This document shows positions 53,199 through 64,000 of a DNA stretch of 64,000 nucleotides, one piece after another. The first letter of the stretch is position 1. Each line of letters starts with the position of its first letter. Source of the stretch: Cyanophora paradoxa CCMP329 (taxonomy: Eukaryota > Plantae > Glaucophyta); NCBI GenBank assembly GCA_004431415.1, contig QPMI01000627.1, forward strand, positions 124,001-188,000, in the 5' to 3' direction. Under the pieces are notes generated by a model, which was not told the origin of the DNA, made no database searches, and was given only the letters and a program-made list of their open reading frames with translations. Position numbers and translations under genes: made by a program.

Positions 53199-54159
53199 CC
53201 AGCTGTTCAGGAGTAGGGGTAGGACGTGCAAACACAGTTGATGCGCAGAGTTTTTCCGCTCCAGAACAATCTTTCATATACAGTGCACTCAATCTCGAAG
53301 TTCATTCAGGCTTTTCTTTGTTCGGTTAGATCGCAGCGTCTGCTTATCAGCTCTTTACAGTCATAATCTGTCTCTATCTTTACTACTTCAATTGCAACCT
53401 GCCGCGCGCGCTGGGCCGGGGTCGATCTACATCTGCCCCGTGCATGTTCGTGCCACTACTACTCTTTCATTAGATCCAGATTCCCCCCTTGCACCCCCGG
53501 CGCGCCAAAACGCGGCCGGGCCACTAGTTATCGACATAGATCTAGACCTAGCCTCCAATTGATGCAAGTCCAAAAGCCGCGATGAGGAGTCTACCTGACA
53601 GTGCACCGACCTGCGACCGCGCCGCTGACGGTGCGCCGCGCGCGGCGGTCCGGTCGCTGGGGCCGCAAGAAGAGAAGCCGGCCCGGCGGCGACGGCCCGG
53701 GGACGGCCCGGCGCCTTGCACATTAAAATATTGGCATGAATTTACAAGGGCACCTAGACCGCGTCAAGGCATAATTCTAAGCTTCATGCAATTGACAGCA
53801 TGCGCAGTCTTAAAATCAAACGTATTCTAAAGAAATGTATGCTGCGAAACTAATGCTGAAGAAATGTATCAAAGTATGCTGCGAAACTGATGCTGGTGCG
53901 TCCTTGAAATCGAAACTCTAGCATTCCTACTTGCGCTCAAGCCACTGGGCCAAGCACCCATGCTTGGTACATCTAGAGCTGCGTATACTATGATACGAGA
54001 CTTAAAAGAACTTGGAGGCTCGGAAAATAGATTACACATAGCTATCACAGTATAGCACGAAATCGCACACTGCGGCGAGGAATTGAATCGGAAACGAAAG
54101 AAGCACAGTCCTGCTTACACTTGAACGCTGCGGATGCTATTATCGATATAAATCTAGAT

Positions 54160-54410
54160 CTAGACCTCGCTTCCAATTGATATCGATGCAAGTCCAAAAG
54201 CCGCAATGAGGAGTCTAGCTATAGATCTACCCGACAGCACAACGGCCTGCCAGTGCGACGCCTGCGACCGTGCGACCGTGCCCTCCGGTGGGGTCTTAGG
54301 CCGCGAGACGAGCTCGAGAAGCCGGTCCGGCAGTGCCGGGGCGGCCCGGCGCCTTCCAAGTTGGCCGCTTTTTAAAGTCGGCGGGGGGCCAGGATCAGCA
54401 CACGCGCCCT

Positions 54411-54450
<40 letters not shown>

Positions 54451-54735
54451 TCGGAGAGACGGCGGCGGGCTGCGGGCGGCCCTGGGGAGGGGTGCGGCGC
54501 GGGCCCGGCGGCAGGCGTCGGCGGCGGCGCGCGCCGAGGCGACGCGCGGGTGGTCGGGGGGGAAGATCGCCGGGAATTTCGCGTACTCCTGCGGGAACAC
54601 CGGCGCAGCCGCAGTCAGCAGGCGTTCGGATGGGGATTCTGAGCCTCGGAGCCCGGCTGTGGATATCTAGATGCTATATGTGGCTATCGAGCCTCGGAGC
54701 CCGGCTATGTCTTTAGACTCTGAGATCTAGAGGCA

Positions 54736-54778
<43 letters not shown>

Positions 54779-57700
54779 CTAGGTTGCAATCTGCCAGAAC
54801 TAACCTACAGAAGAGAGGGCGGCCCGCAGCTAGCGCGAGCCTCTAGATCTAGATCTGCTAACATGTAAACGTAGAGGAATTTTAAGCTGATGTGCTCTTG
54901 GACTCGAAGTGGAGCTGGCAGCGGTGCACAGAGAATTCGAATTCGAGGCGGGGCGGAGGCGCTGCGGCTCCGGGGCCCCCGGATCCGGAGCGAACTAGTT
55001 CAGAGGGCGCACGGCGAGGGCCTCGGCGAGGGCGGCGAGGGCGCGGGGGGCGTCCCCGAAGCGGAGGAGCAGCCGCCCCAGCGCGTAGAGGAGGTGCGCC
55101 AGCACCGCCGTCGACGTCCCGTTGCTGCTCCCCGGCCCGGCCCGGATCCGGAGCCCGTCAGCGCGTCCGCCTCAAGCTTAAGGTTTTATTTAAATTTGCA
55201 ACTAGAGCTTCGGTTGTTTTTGATGGTACGCTCTCAGTTCAGGGCTATAGCTACAGAAGAGAGTATTTCCAGTTTCGGCAGTTTCGGTTTTCGGCCTTAG
55301 ATTGGAGCTACGGATCGGCGCTTGCGCTCTAAGCTTTAATTTGATCCGAGGGAGCCGCACCTCCATTCGACGAGGCGGTGGAGGGCGATTGCCGCGCGGA
55401 GGCCGCGTGCCAGCGCCGCCCCGCCCCGCGCCCTGCGCGGGGGCGGCCGGCCGGCCGGCCGGTCAGAGGGGGCGGAGGGGGGCGGCGCGCCCGGAACCGC
55501 GCGCGTCCAAATTTGAATTTCCGAATCGGAAGCGCGGGCATCGACGCACCCCCCGCAGAGGGGCATCCCGCAGCTCGCGACGAAGTCCGCCTCGGGCCTG
55601 CGTGACTCACGGCGTGACTCACGGCGTGACTCACGCGGGCCGCAAGCCGAAGTGCGCGGAGGGCGGGGGCGGGGGCGCACAGGCGGTTGATCTCGGCGGC
55701 GGGGGCGCAGGCGAGCGCCTCCCGGTAGTCCCTCACCACGCGCGAGAAGCGGCCTGCACGCCCGTCAGCGCAGAGCGGGCGGGGCGGGGCGGGGCGGGAG
55801 GGGGCCGCGCGGGGCGGAGCGGGGCGGGGCGGGCGGGGCGGGGCGGGGTCGCGCGGGGCGGAGCGGAGCGGGGCGGGGCGGGCGGGCGGGGCGGGGCCGC
55901 GGGGCGGGGCGGGCGGGGCGGGGCGGGCGGGGCGGGCGGGGCGGGGCGGGCGGGGCGGGCGGGGCGGGGCGGGGCGGGGCGGGCGGGGCGGGGCGGGGGC
56001 CGCGGGGCGGGGCGGGGCGGGGCGGGGCAGGGCGGGCCCGGGGCGGGGGGGCTCCTAGATTGCCGGTGCATGCAAGAGATCTAGATACCCTACACGATAT
56101 CTAATCCAGCTGTGATGATCTGATAGGATCCATGTATTATGTATTCCGTTTGACCGCGCACCGAGGTGGAGGTTGGTGAGGGCGCTGAGGAGGGAGGCGC
56201 GGAGGCGGAGGCGGGGCCCCGCGGGGTGCCCCGCCGGCACCCGCGCGAGGACAGCGCCCCAGCGCTCCGAGAGCTCCGCCGCCTCGCGCCAGTCCCCGCG
56301 CCGGCACGCGTACAGCGCTGCGGAGGGAGAATCGAAAGTCCACGCGTGCAGTTGAAGGAGCGTCAAAGGGCGGGGGCGGGGGCGGGGCGGGGCGGGCCGA
56401 GGGTGGCGTGGCAGAGGGCGACGTGCGGCGCCTCCTCCTCGTCCTGGTCGAACCAGTACCTGCCGCCCGCCCCGGCCCACTCGCTCAGCGGCGCCGGCGG
56501 GGGGTCGTCGGGTCGGGTGGCGGATCGGATCTAGAGATCTGCCTGGCGCAAGAGACGGCCGCGGGGCGGGGGGGGGGGGGGGGGGGGGCGGGGCCGCGGG
56601 GGCCTCTCGGAGCTTCGTTTTGGGGGGGGAGGAGGGGGCGGGGCGCACATGCGGGGTACGACGTCGGCGGCCTCCTCGAGGCGCCCGCGGCACACAAGGA
56701 ACTCCGCCACCGTCCGCAGGATCCTGGGCGGCGGGGGGGGGGGGGGGGGGGGGGGGGGAAATGGATGAGAGGCAGCTCGGGATAATCTTGTTAGAGGAGG
56801 ATCTAGACTAGATCTCTAGGCTCTTGATCTAGAGCGAAGCAAGAAAATGAAAGATCTGGAGCTGAGCTGAGCTAGCGCCGAGCTCAATCTCTCAATTGAT
56901 CTCTTTCTCTCCCTAGCAGCTCTGTATAGCTAAATAGAAACCCGAGGCTTAAACTACGCCAAGCCAAGTTTAAGCAGGCCGACTAGAAAGAAAGCATGAT
57001 CATGAATGAAAGAAGTCGAATGAAGCTCGAGCTTGGGGAAGGGGAAAAGGGGCGGACCGGGACTCGAGGCGGGAGGGGACGTGGCCGCCGGCGCAGAGGG
57101 CCGCCGCCGCGTCGTAAAGCAGCGCGAGCCCCTCGTCGTCCCGCCCCGCCTGCGTGACGTCACGGCAGGCTCGGCGAGGGCGCGATCGCGAGAGGCGAAA
57201 GGACGGATCTAGGCGGGCGAGGGGCGCGGGAGGCCGGCGACGCGTAAGGCCCTCGCGAGGGGTTTGAGGGGCGGATCTAGGCGGCCCCTCTTAGATTTCA
57301 CTAAGCTAGTGAGCTGGGGCTCGAGCTGCTCGCATGGGCACCTGCATGAGGCGGAGGCCGTAGAGGGAGGCGGCCTTGCCGTAGAGGAAGGGCGCGCGGG
57401 CCCCCTCGCGCAGCGGCCCGCATGCCCGCCACGCCGCCCCCGCCAGCTGCGGCCCTCGGCTCGGCCGACCGCGGGCGGGGCGGTGCGGGGCGGGGCAGAC
57501 GGCGGCGAGGTCCTCGGGGCGGCAAAGAGAAGATCGCCCGCGACGCTCGGGCTGCGCGGGGCCGACCCGGGTCGAGGGGCGAGGGGTCAGGGCGCGCGGG
57601 GGCCGTGACGCGGCCAGTGCCGAAAGCGCTAGCGCTCGCTAGGCGGGGCGAGCAGGCGGGCGTGCGGGCGGACGGGGGGCGGGCGGGGGGCGAGTGGGAG

Positions 57701-60700
57701 GGCGGAGGGCGGGCGAGTGGGCGGGCGGGTGGGCGGGCGAGTGGGCGGGCGGGGGGCGGGCGAGTGGGCGGGCGGGGGGGCGAGTGGGCGGGCGAGTGGG
57801 CGGCGGGGGGGGGGGGGGGGGGGGGGGCGAGGGGGCGGGTTGTATCCCGACGGGCCGGGGCAAGCGCGGTTTGCGAGCTCGAGGGCGGAGAGCGGGGGGT
57901 GGGGCACCTGTTGGTGGCGAGGGCGGTGCCCAGGCCCACGAGCGCTCGCACGCCGCGTGCAGCTCCGGTCTGCCCGAAGGCCGATCAGAATCGAAGGCGA
58001 AAAGGGAAAGGGCGTCGCCCAAGGGGGAAGGGGGGGGGGGGGGGGGGAAGGCGCACAGGGAGAGGGAAGGGCGCGGGAGAGGCCCCGGCGGCCGCGGCGA
58101 CGAGGCCCGCCGCCGCCGCCCGCTCCTCCGCCGCCCCCGCCGCGCCCCGCACAGCCAGCAGGGCCTGGCGGGCAGTAAGACGGGAAGAAAGAGAGGGGGG
58201 AAGGGGGCGCGCCTGGCGCAGGTCCTCGCGGCCCGCGCGGCTGAGAACGAAGCGCGTGTCCAGGAGGGGCAGGGTTCCTGCGAGGCAAGAGCTCAGAAGA
58301 TCTAGAGCCCATATGCGGGAAGAGCCGAGGAGGAGGGAGATTTAGCTGAGGTGGATGCCTAAGAAGGAAGGGATTGAATGCGATAAGAAACTAGAGCAGA
58401 GGGAAGAAGCGGATGCTTAAGAAGGAAGAGATTGAATGCGATAAGAAACTAGAGCAGAGGGAAGGAGCGGAGAGTCTGGCCCAGTAGATCTCACAACGAG
58501 CAGAAACTAGAGCGAAGGGAAGAAGCTGAGAGGAGGGGCGGAAACTAGAGCGAAGGGAAGAAGCTGAGAAATCTGAGAGATCTAGTCCAGTAGATCTCAC
58601 AGGGAGCAGAGCGAGCGCACCGAGGAGGGCGGCGAGGGCGGCGGGGGAGGCGGGGTCCCCGGCGCGGGCGGCCCCGAGCGCCGCCCCAAAGGCGGCCTCG
58701 GCCGCCGCGCGCTCCTCGGGGCCCCCGCAGGCCGCCGGCGGCACGCGAGCGCTGCGAGGGCCGAGCTCGAGGGGTCAGCAGCGAAGTAGAGAAAGGCGAG
58801 CATCGTCTTGGGGCCTAGGGCGAGGCACCCCGAGGGAAGGACGAGGAGACCCGCCGGTCCGAAGATGCGCCCGGGCGGGGGCTGCCGCAGTGCGCGCGCG
58901 GGGGATCAGATCGGATCGAATCCGATATATCGATCGCGGCTGCTTCGAGCTCCAGAAGGACGCATGCACCGGGTGAGGGCCGCCGGCCGGGGCCGGGGCC
59001 GGTGCCGCGCTGGTCTCCGCGGGCCCCTCCGAAGACGCCGCCGCAGACCCGTTGATGCGGCTGCGGGGCATGAGGAAGGAAAAGGAAAGGGGGGGGGGGA
59101 GTCGGCGGGGGTTACCGCAGGAGCTGTTCTGCGTCGTCGAAGGCGTCGAGGCTTCTGCGGCGGCGGAGGGGCCGGGGCGCCCCCTCGGGGTCCCCGGGCG
59201 ACGCGGAGGCCCGAGCCGCCGAGGCCGAAGCGCTAGCCTGAGCCTGAGCCGAGAGGGCTTTTGACTGTGCGAGAAGTCAGCAAAGAAACACGAACAAGCA
59301 CGCGCAAAGAAAAGAAATTGAAGCTCAAGAAACGAAAGGAAGAAAGGAAATTGAAGCCCAGAAAAACGAATGAAAGCAAGAACGACGGTACATGTACAGG
59401 AAGGGCTCGGCCCGGGCCGGGTGCGCGATTGGTGTGATCCCAAACCGAAATCAATCGAAGTCACACTGTGACACGTTGGAAAAAGACAAGGATTTGAAGA
59501 TATAATTCACCAAGAATCATCGTGAAAGAAACGGAAGGCTCAGATCTTTGGACCAAAGCATCGGGCGTGCACCTGGTGGAACACGGCCTCGAGGTGCTCG
59601 GCCAGGACGGGGTCCATCCAGCCGCAGCCCGCGCCTGCGGAGCCGGCGGCGGCGTGGCCGGGCGGGCGATCGAATGTCAGGGTGGCACGGAGGAAAGGGA
59701 GGACGGGCTCCAGGGGCGAGCTCGAGGGGGGAAGAAGGGGGGGTTACCGTCCGGCTCGTCGGGTTCGTCGCCCCCCGCCGACGGATCCGCGACCCCGCTC
59801 CGAGTTCGGCTGCTGCGAAAGGGCGGAATGGGCTGCGTGAGAGGCTGATCAAGACCGAAACCGCTTCTTAGGCCTCGATGTAAACGAGCTAGCTATAGAA
59901 AGGCTACCGAAAGGAGTTGAAACCTTATATAGATCGCGATCGATATCGGCACAAACGCGAGCTCGACCTCGGCGCTCGTGAATCTAGAATCGAATCTAGA
60001 GCCGAGCTCCAAACAGATCTAATCTAATCTATTTTTTTTAGATCAGATCCAACGTTAACGCACGCGAGCTCGGCGGACTGGGCGCCCAGAGAGAGGAGGG
60101 CGAGAAGGTCCAGCAGGGGCGCGTCAGGCTCGGGCTCGGGCTCGGGCGAGCCGGCCTCCTTCGGATCCGGATCCAGTGGGGGCGAGCTGGAGCCGGGGTA
60201 GCCGTAGGCGCATGGGGGCGTGGATGCGGGGGAGGAGTTCGAGTGCTCGGAGGGGAGCCCGGGGCGGCGTACGTGTACGGCGGCGGGCCCGCCCGCCTCG
60301 ACCTCCGCCTCAGCCTCGGCCGCGGCCTTTGCCCGGGGCCGCTTGGGGCCAGCGCCGGCGCCACCACCGGCCGCCGCCTTCGCCCCGCGGCCGAGCCTGG
60401 CCGCCGCCGCTGCTGCCGCTGCTGAAGCCCGTGCGGATGATCGGGATGGACGGGGGACCGCCTGGCGCGCGGGAGACCGAGGCCTCCCAATCCCGATCTC
60501 GACCGGGCGTGCCGCGGCCGGCGCCGGCGCCGGCGCCGGCGCCCGACGCGGGCGCCGAGCCGCGCAGCATCGCGATCGCGGTGTGCGTCGCCCGCCTCCG
60601 CGAGCGGGTGAAGACCCTGAGGCGGAACTGGTGCAGAGGCTCTCCGCTGTCCGTGTACGCCGCCCGCAGCTCGAACCGCGCCCCCTCGTGGTTGTGGCTA

Positions 60701-62116
60701 GTGCACGCCACGCCGAACGGCAGCTCGCTCATGCCGCTGGGACCGAGCCTCACTTCCGCCTTCTCGGCGGGCGCCCGCGCGCTCCGGCACTGCTCCCCGC
60801 CCTGCCGCCCCCAGCGCTCGAACTCGGGGCGGGGGAGAGGGGGAAAGAGAGGAACACGAAGCGGGGTACGGCGCGCACGTTGACCAGGGCGGCGGCGTCG
60901 TAGAGAAGGATCTGATCCCCCAGATCGCCGGCCCCCTCTGCGTTTGCGTACCCGTTCGTTGCAGGCGCGCGCGCGCGCGTACATCCCGCGGCCGGAGCCG
61001 ATCGCAGGCCGGGCCCCTCGCACCGTGCCGATCGAAGTAAGAGAGCGACAGGGTCACAGAGGCGCCGACGCGCAGTGGCGCCGGCGCCCCGTCCCCGAGC
61101 CGGATCCTGCACGATCGCGAACACATGAGCCGAATATTAAGTTGAAATCGCAAGTATGGCCATGTTTATCAGTTGATCATGGGCACTCTAAGCCTTTTTA
61201 AGACTTCCGAAGCGGCCGCGGTCACCGGTATTGCCTCTGGGCGATGAGCTCGACGTTCATGATCATCGATCCCGAATCGGGCGAGGTGAGAGGCTGCCAC
61301 GCGCCCTCGTTGTCGTGGTCGACGCGCTCCTGCCGGGCAGGGCGCGTCAGCTGCGCCGGGCCCGAAGCGCCGGCGATGCTCATGACAGCGCGGCCCGCGC
61401 GCGTGCGCCGGCCGCTCACCCACATGCCCTGCGAGAGCGCGTGTCAGGGGCGTATACGTATACGTAGATCGATGGGCGGAGGGGGAGGATGGGGCGGCCG
61501 CGGGGCATGCGCAGGGGACAGGGCGGGGCTGACCCCGCGTTCGTCCACCACGATGAGCGGGGCGGGGTCGGACGGGGAGAGGGAGTCTTCGTGCCTCGCC
61601 AGGCCCTTCTCAACGGCCTCGGAGCTCCCGAGCTCCGCCTTGAGCCTGCGCGCGAGCGCGCGCAGCGACCGAATGGCGTGACCATGTGACCACGGCCAAG
61701 ATCTAGACATCGATGGGGCGTGATTATGAGGCGGGTTTTGAAGCGCGTTCGCACCCCGACATCTCGATGCGCGCGACTCTGCGGTAGAGAATGAGGCCGC
61801 GGCTCCAGGGCCCCTCCACGGCCGCGGCGCTTGAGCCACTCGAGCCCGCAACCGGCGCCGACTGTACATGTGCCGCGGCCGCGGGGGGCACCGCTCCCGA
61901 TCGCGCAGGCGCCGGCCCCGGCCCCGGGCTTAAACAGGCGCTGCCGTCCGCCGATGCCGCGCCCCAGGACGACGACGCCGCTTCCCACGGATTGTCGTCG
62001 CTGTCATCGAAGTCGCTCCAGCTGCCGCCGCTGCAGCTGCCGCTCGGCGAGCCGAGTTGCCCGTCGGATGTGGGCAGATGCCTAGGCCTAGCACCACCGC
62101 GAGGCGCAGTCGGCAT
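54160..62116 (-). CDS. Uncharacterised multi-exon protein with a C-terminal TPR-like helical region
   Basis: Exons include AVLAHLLYALGRLLLRFGDAPRALAALAEAL and FPPDHPRVA (TPR_12-like). The N-terminus is low complexity, with a compact beta-rich block at ~60600-60950. Boundaries are approximate. Confidence 0.55.
54738..54775. repeat. (TA)n microsatellite
   Basis: About 19 TA units. Confidence 0.95.
55776..56032. repeat. (GGGGC/GGGC)n intronic G-rich repeat with G-quadruplex potential
   Basis: Read directly from the sequence. Confidence 0.9.
58362..58600. repeat. Intronic purine-rich imperfect tandem repeat (GAAACTAGAGC.AGGGAAGAAGC)
   Basis: About 4 copies read directly from the sequence. Confidence 0.75.
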
Positions 62117-62795
62117 GGCCGCGGCGCTCGGCGGGAGGAGAGGTCGGGCCAAAAGCAACATGAGTCGAGATATATATGCGTCTTCAGCAGTGCGCGGGCA
62201 CCGAGAAAACTGAACCGCGTCTGTGTGCACGGGCCGGGGACGACGAAGTTAACGTTACCGATACAGATGGGCCCCGGCCACGTGCACCGGCGCCGCGGCC
62301 CGCACGCGCGCGGAGGCTCGATCAGATCTAGAGTGCGCGCACCAATTTGCAATTGGCAACCGTGGAACAGCCTGGCAGGTTCCAAAGTTCGAGCTTAACG
62401 TCAGCTTAGTAAGGCCGACTCGCCGCGCGCTCAGATATATCTACACGATCAGCCCATGGCCAGCCTGGCAGCTGCAGCTTCAAAAGGCTTCAAGGCTTTG
62501 GCCGATCGTCGCCGAGCCTCGGAGTCGGATTATGCTCATGCCATGATGAGCGCGCGCCGCCGCGCGCTGCAGCTGCCGCAGTGCGCTAATACGAATGTGC
62601 CTTCCGAAGTGCCTTGCCAAGTTGGCCCTTGGGCCTTGGGTCTTGCCAGCTGCAGCGAGCTACCGTACCACGCGTACGGCGTAGTACTACGGTAGTACTA
62701 GAACGGTAGTACCACGGTCTATAGGCTATCTATAGCTACACCTCTGATGACTCAGCCTGGGCTGCCTGGCAGTAGTGCACTACGTATACGCACTA

Positions 62796-63063
62796 CCGTA
62801 AAACAGTTAATTAATGCGCCCGATAATAATGCGTTTTTGGACCGGGACCCCTCGTGTGGGAAATAATATGTTTAATGCGGCCCCAATTTGCAAATTAATG
62901 CGTTTTGGATCGAGCTTTCTGCCTGCGTTAGGGGGGTACATACCGCAGTTTTCTTAGCATTTCGACATTAATGCGCCCCCCAATCAATGCGTTTTGCCAA
63001 AAGAAAACGCATTAATTAGGGGGCGCATTAATTAAGTGTGCGCATTACTTAAGTGTTGTACGG
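62796..63063. mobile_element. MITE, Tc1/mariner-pogo type
   Basis: Imperfect ~24-bp TIRs CCGTAAAACAGTTAATTAATGCGC / GCGCATTACTTAAGTGTTGTACGG with TA on both flanks. Multiple internal TAATGCG repeats in both orientations. Confidence 0.8.
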
Positions 63064-63692
63064 TAGTTGAGCACTGAGCAGTGAGCAGTGAGCACTGAGC
63101 ACTGACTGCATGAGAGTCACTGAGTCAGTGACTGCACTCAGTGACGTCGCGTCGAGACTGCGGCAGCGCTGGCCCATGGAGGCTCACTGAGTCAGCGGCT
63201 GGACGTCGACGCCGCTGGAGCGGCTGGACTCGCGATCGCGGGAGTCGCGGCGCTGCGGCTAGGGTTGCGCTTTACTTTTAACGGTAATTGCACGTAACGC
63301 CGCGGTTACGCCGCGGTATACGTTAGTATAATACGTACTACGGTATACCGTATACGTACTGCGGTGGTAATTCGATAGACGATGAAGTAAACGACGAACG
63401 CGCCGGCCGGCTCTATCAAAGATTCATAGTCCGGCTACTGGCGCTAGCGTTCTTTTTTGCTTATGCTAGCCGGCCGGCTAGCGCCTAGCGCTAGCAGTCC
63501 GCGGCGCCGGGGACTCCGGTCCGCGCCGATCGATCGACGCTTGCGATCGGCCGGCCCGGCGCCGGCGGGATTCGGTAAGTCGACGGTAACGACGGTAACT
63601 AATGCAACAATCATTGAACAATCACATCACGTGCACACTTCATTATAAAGCTTCATTGTAACAATTTTTCCACAGAATATTCTAATTTAAAG

Positions 63693-64000
63693 CTTTTTGT
63701 TTTTTGTGAATTACCGGCCACAGCCTCTAGTGTAAAGCAATGCATGCGCATGCATACGAACATATATATATGCGCGTACAGAACATAATAATACTGAACA
63801 TATATACAACAAAAACACGCGATTTCTCAAAGTATATAATAAACGCGTATATAATAAGTTTATATATTGAAATCGATCGAAATTGGATTTACCGAATCAG
63901 TGCTAGATGTCGGGATCTTCATATGAGTTTGCGTTGCCATCTTGGCTCACGAATACCAATCACCGCACACCGAAAATGTTTTTGCGTGACATGATCCGAA
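63693..64000 (-). mobile_element. Probable 3' end of a non-LTR retroelement running off the window edge
   Basis: The minus strand ends ...ACTAGAGGCTGTGGCCGGTAATTCAC followed by an A-rich tail, the same tail as the SINE at 33442. AT-rich 3'UTR-like region. One frame is open from the edge (SDHVTQKHFRCAVIGIREPRWQRKLI*). Confidence 0.5.

Larger units (their letters stand above)
50726..53527 (+). mobile_element. Non-autonomous Helitron2/Helentron-type rolling-circle element (2.8 kb)
   Basis: 13-bp asymmetric inverted repeat TGCAAGGGGGGAA (50726-50738) / TTCCCCCCTTGCA (53481-53493). 5' hairpin at 50727-50767, 3' GC hairpin at 53496-53520, CTAG end followed by T, no TSD, internal tandem repeats. 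Confidence 0.78.
50383..54360. repeat. Diverged duplication of an ~530 bp unit. Copy 1 is 50383-50725 plus 53528-53720 (split by an insertion); copy 2 is ~53830-54360
   Basis: Shared blocks GAAATGTATGCTGCGAAACTAAT, CTTGAAATCGAAACT, AAAATAGATTACACATAGCTAT, AATCGGAAACGAAAGAAGCACA, GATGCAAGTCCAAAAGCCGC and CGGCCCGGCGCCTT occur in the same order in both copies. Confidence 0.85.

Noticed and set aside
51900-53330. Fanzor/TnpB as the Helitron cargo
   Set aside because: No recognisable RuvC D-E-D motifs or correctly placed zinc finger, and the ORF is too short. An HMM search would be needed to exclude a remote relic.
50383-54360. A...B-A-B layout suggesting LTRs or Ngaro/DIRS split direct repeats
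   Set aside because: The repeats are strongly diverged and no RT or tyrosine recombinase is present. A duplicated unit interrupted by an element with Helitron2-type termini explains it better.

Overview
GC-rich, intron-dense eukaryotic nuclear DNA; it is not prokaryotic, so most entries in the six-frame ORF track are artefacts. Introns are mostly 60-150 nt with GTGCG-type donors, a CTGAC-like branch point and CGCAG acceptors. The style suggests a protist or alga, and the glaucophyte Cyanophora is my unverified guess. About 14 spliced genes could be reconstructed by hand: an AGC kinase (partial), a divergent EF-hand protein, calmodulin, an ankyrin-DHHC palmitoyltransferase, a secreted or type-I membrane protein, two F-box/LRR proteins, a SET-domain protein, a ~17 kb Cys-rich multi-pass membrane gene, a PPR protein, a flavin-reductase-like protein, an Sfi1-like repeat protein, a TPR-tailed unknown and a transposon cargo ORF. 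The most notable observations are: (1) a 2.8 kb Helitron2-type element with diagnostic termini, a cargo gene and an adjacent empty-site paralog; (2) a tRNA-derived SINE sharing its 3' tail with a probable LINE end; (3) a Cys-rich receptor ectodomain apparently fused to a DEG/ENaC-like two-TM module; (4) an intron that appears to have arisen by exon duplication; (5) 5-10 nt micro-exons and frequent GC-AG introns; (6) two MITEs. All gene models are manual, and the outer boundaries of the long genes are approximate.
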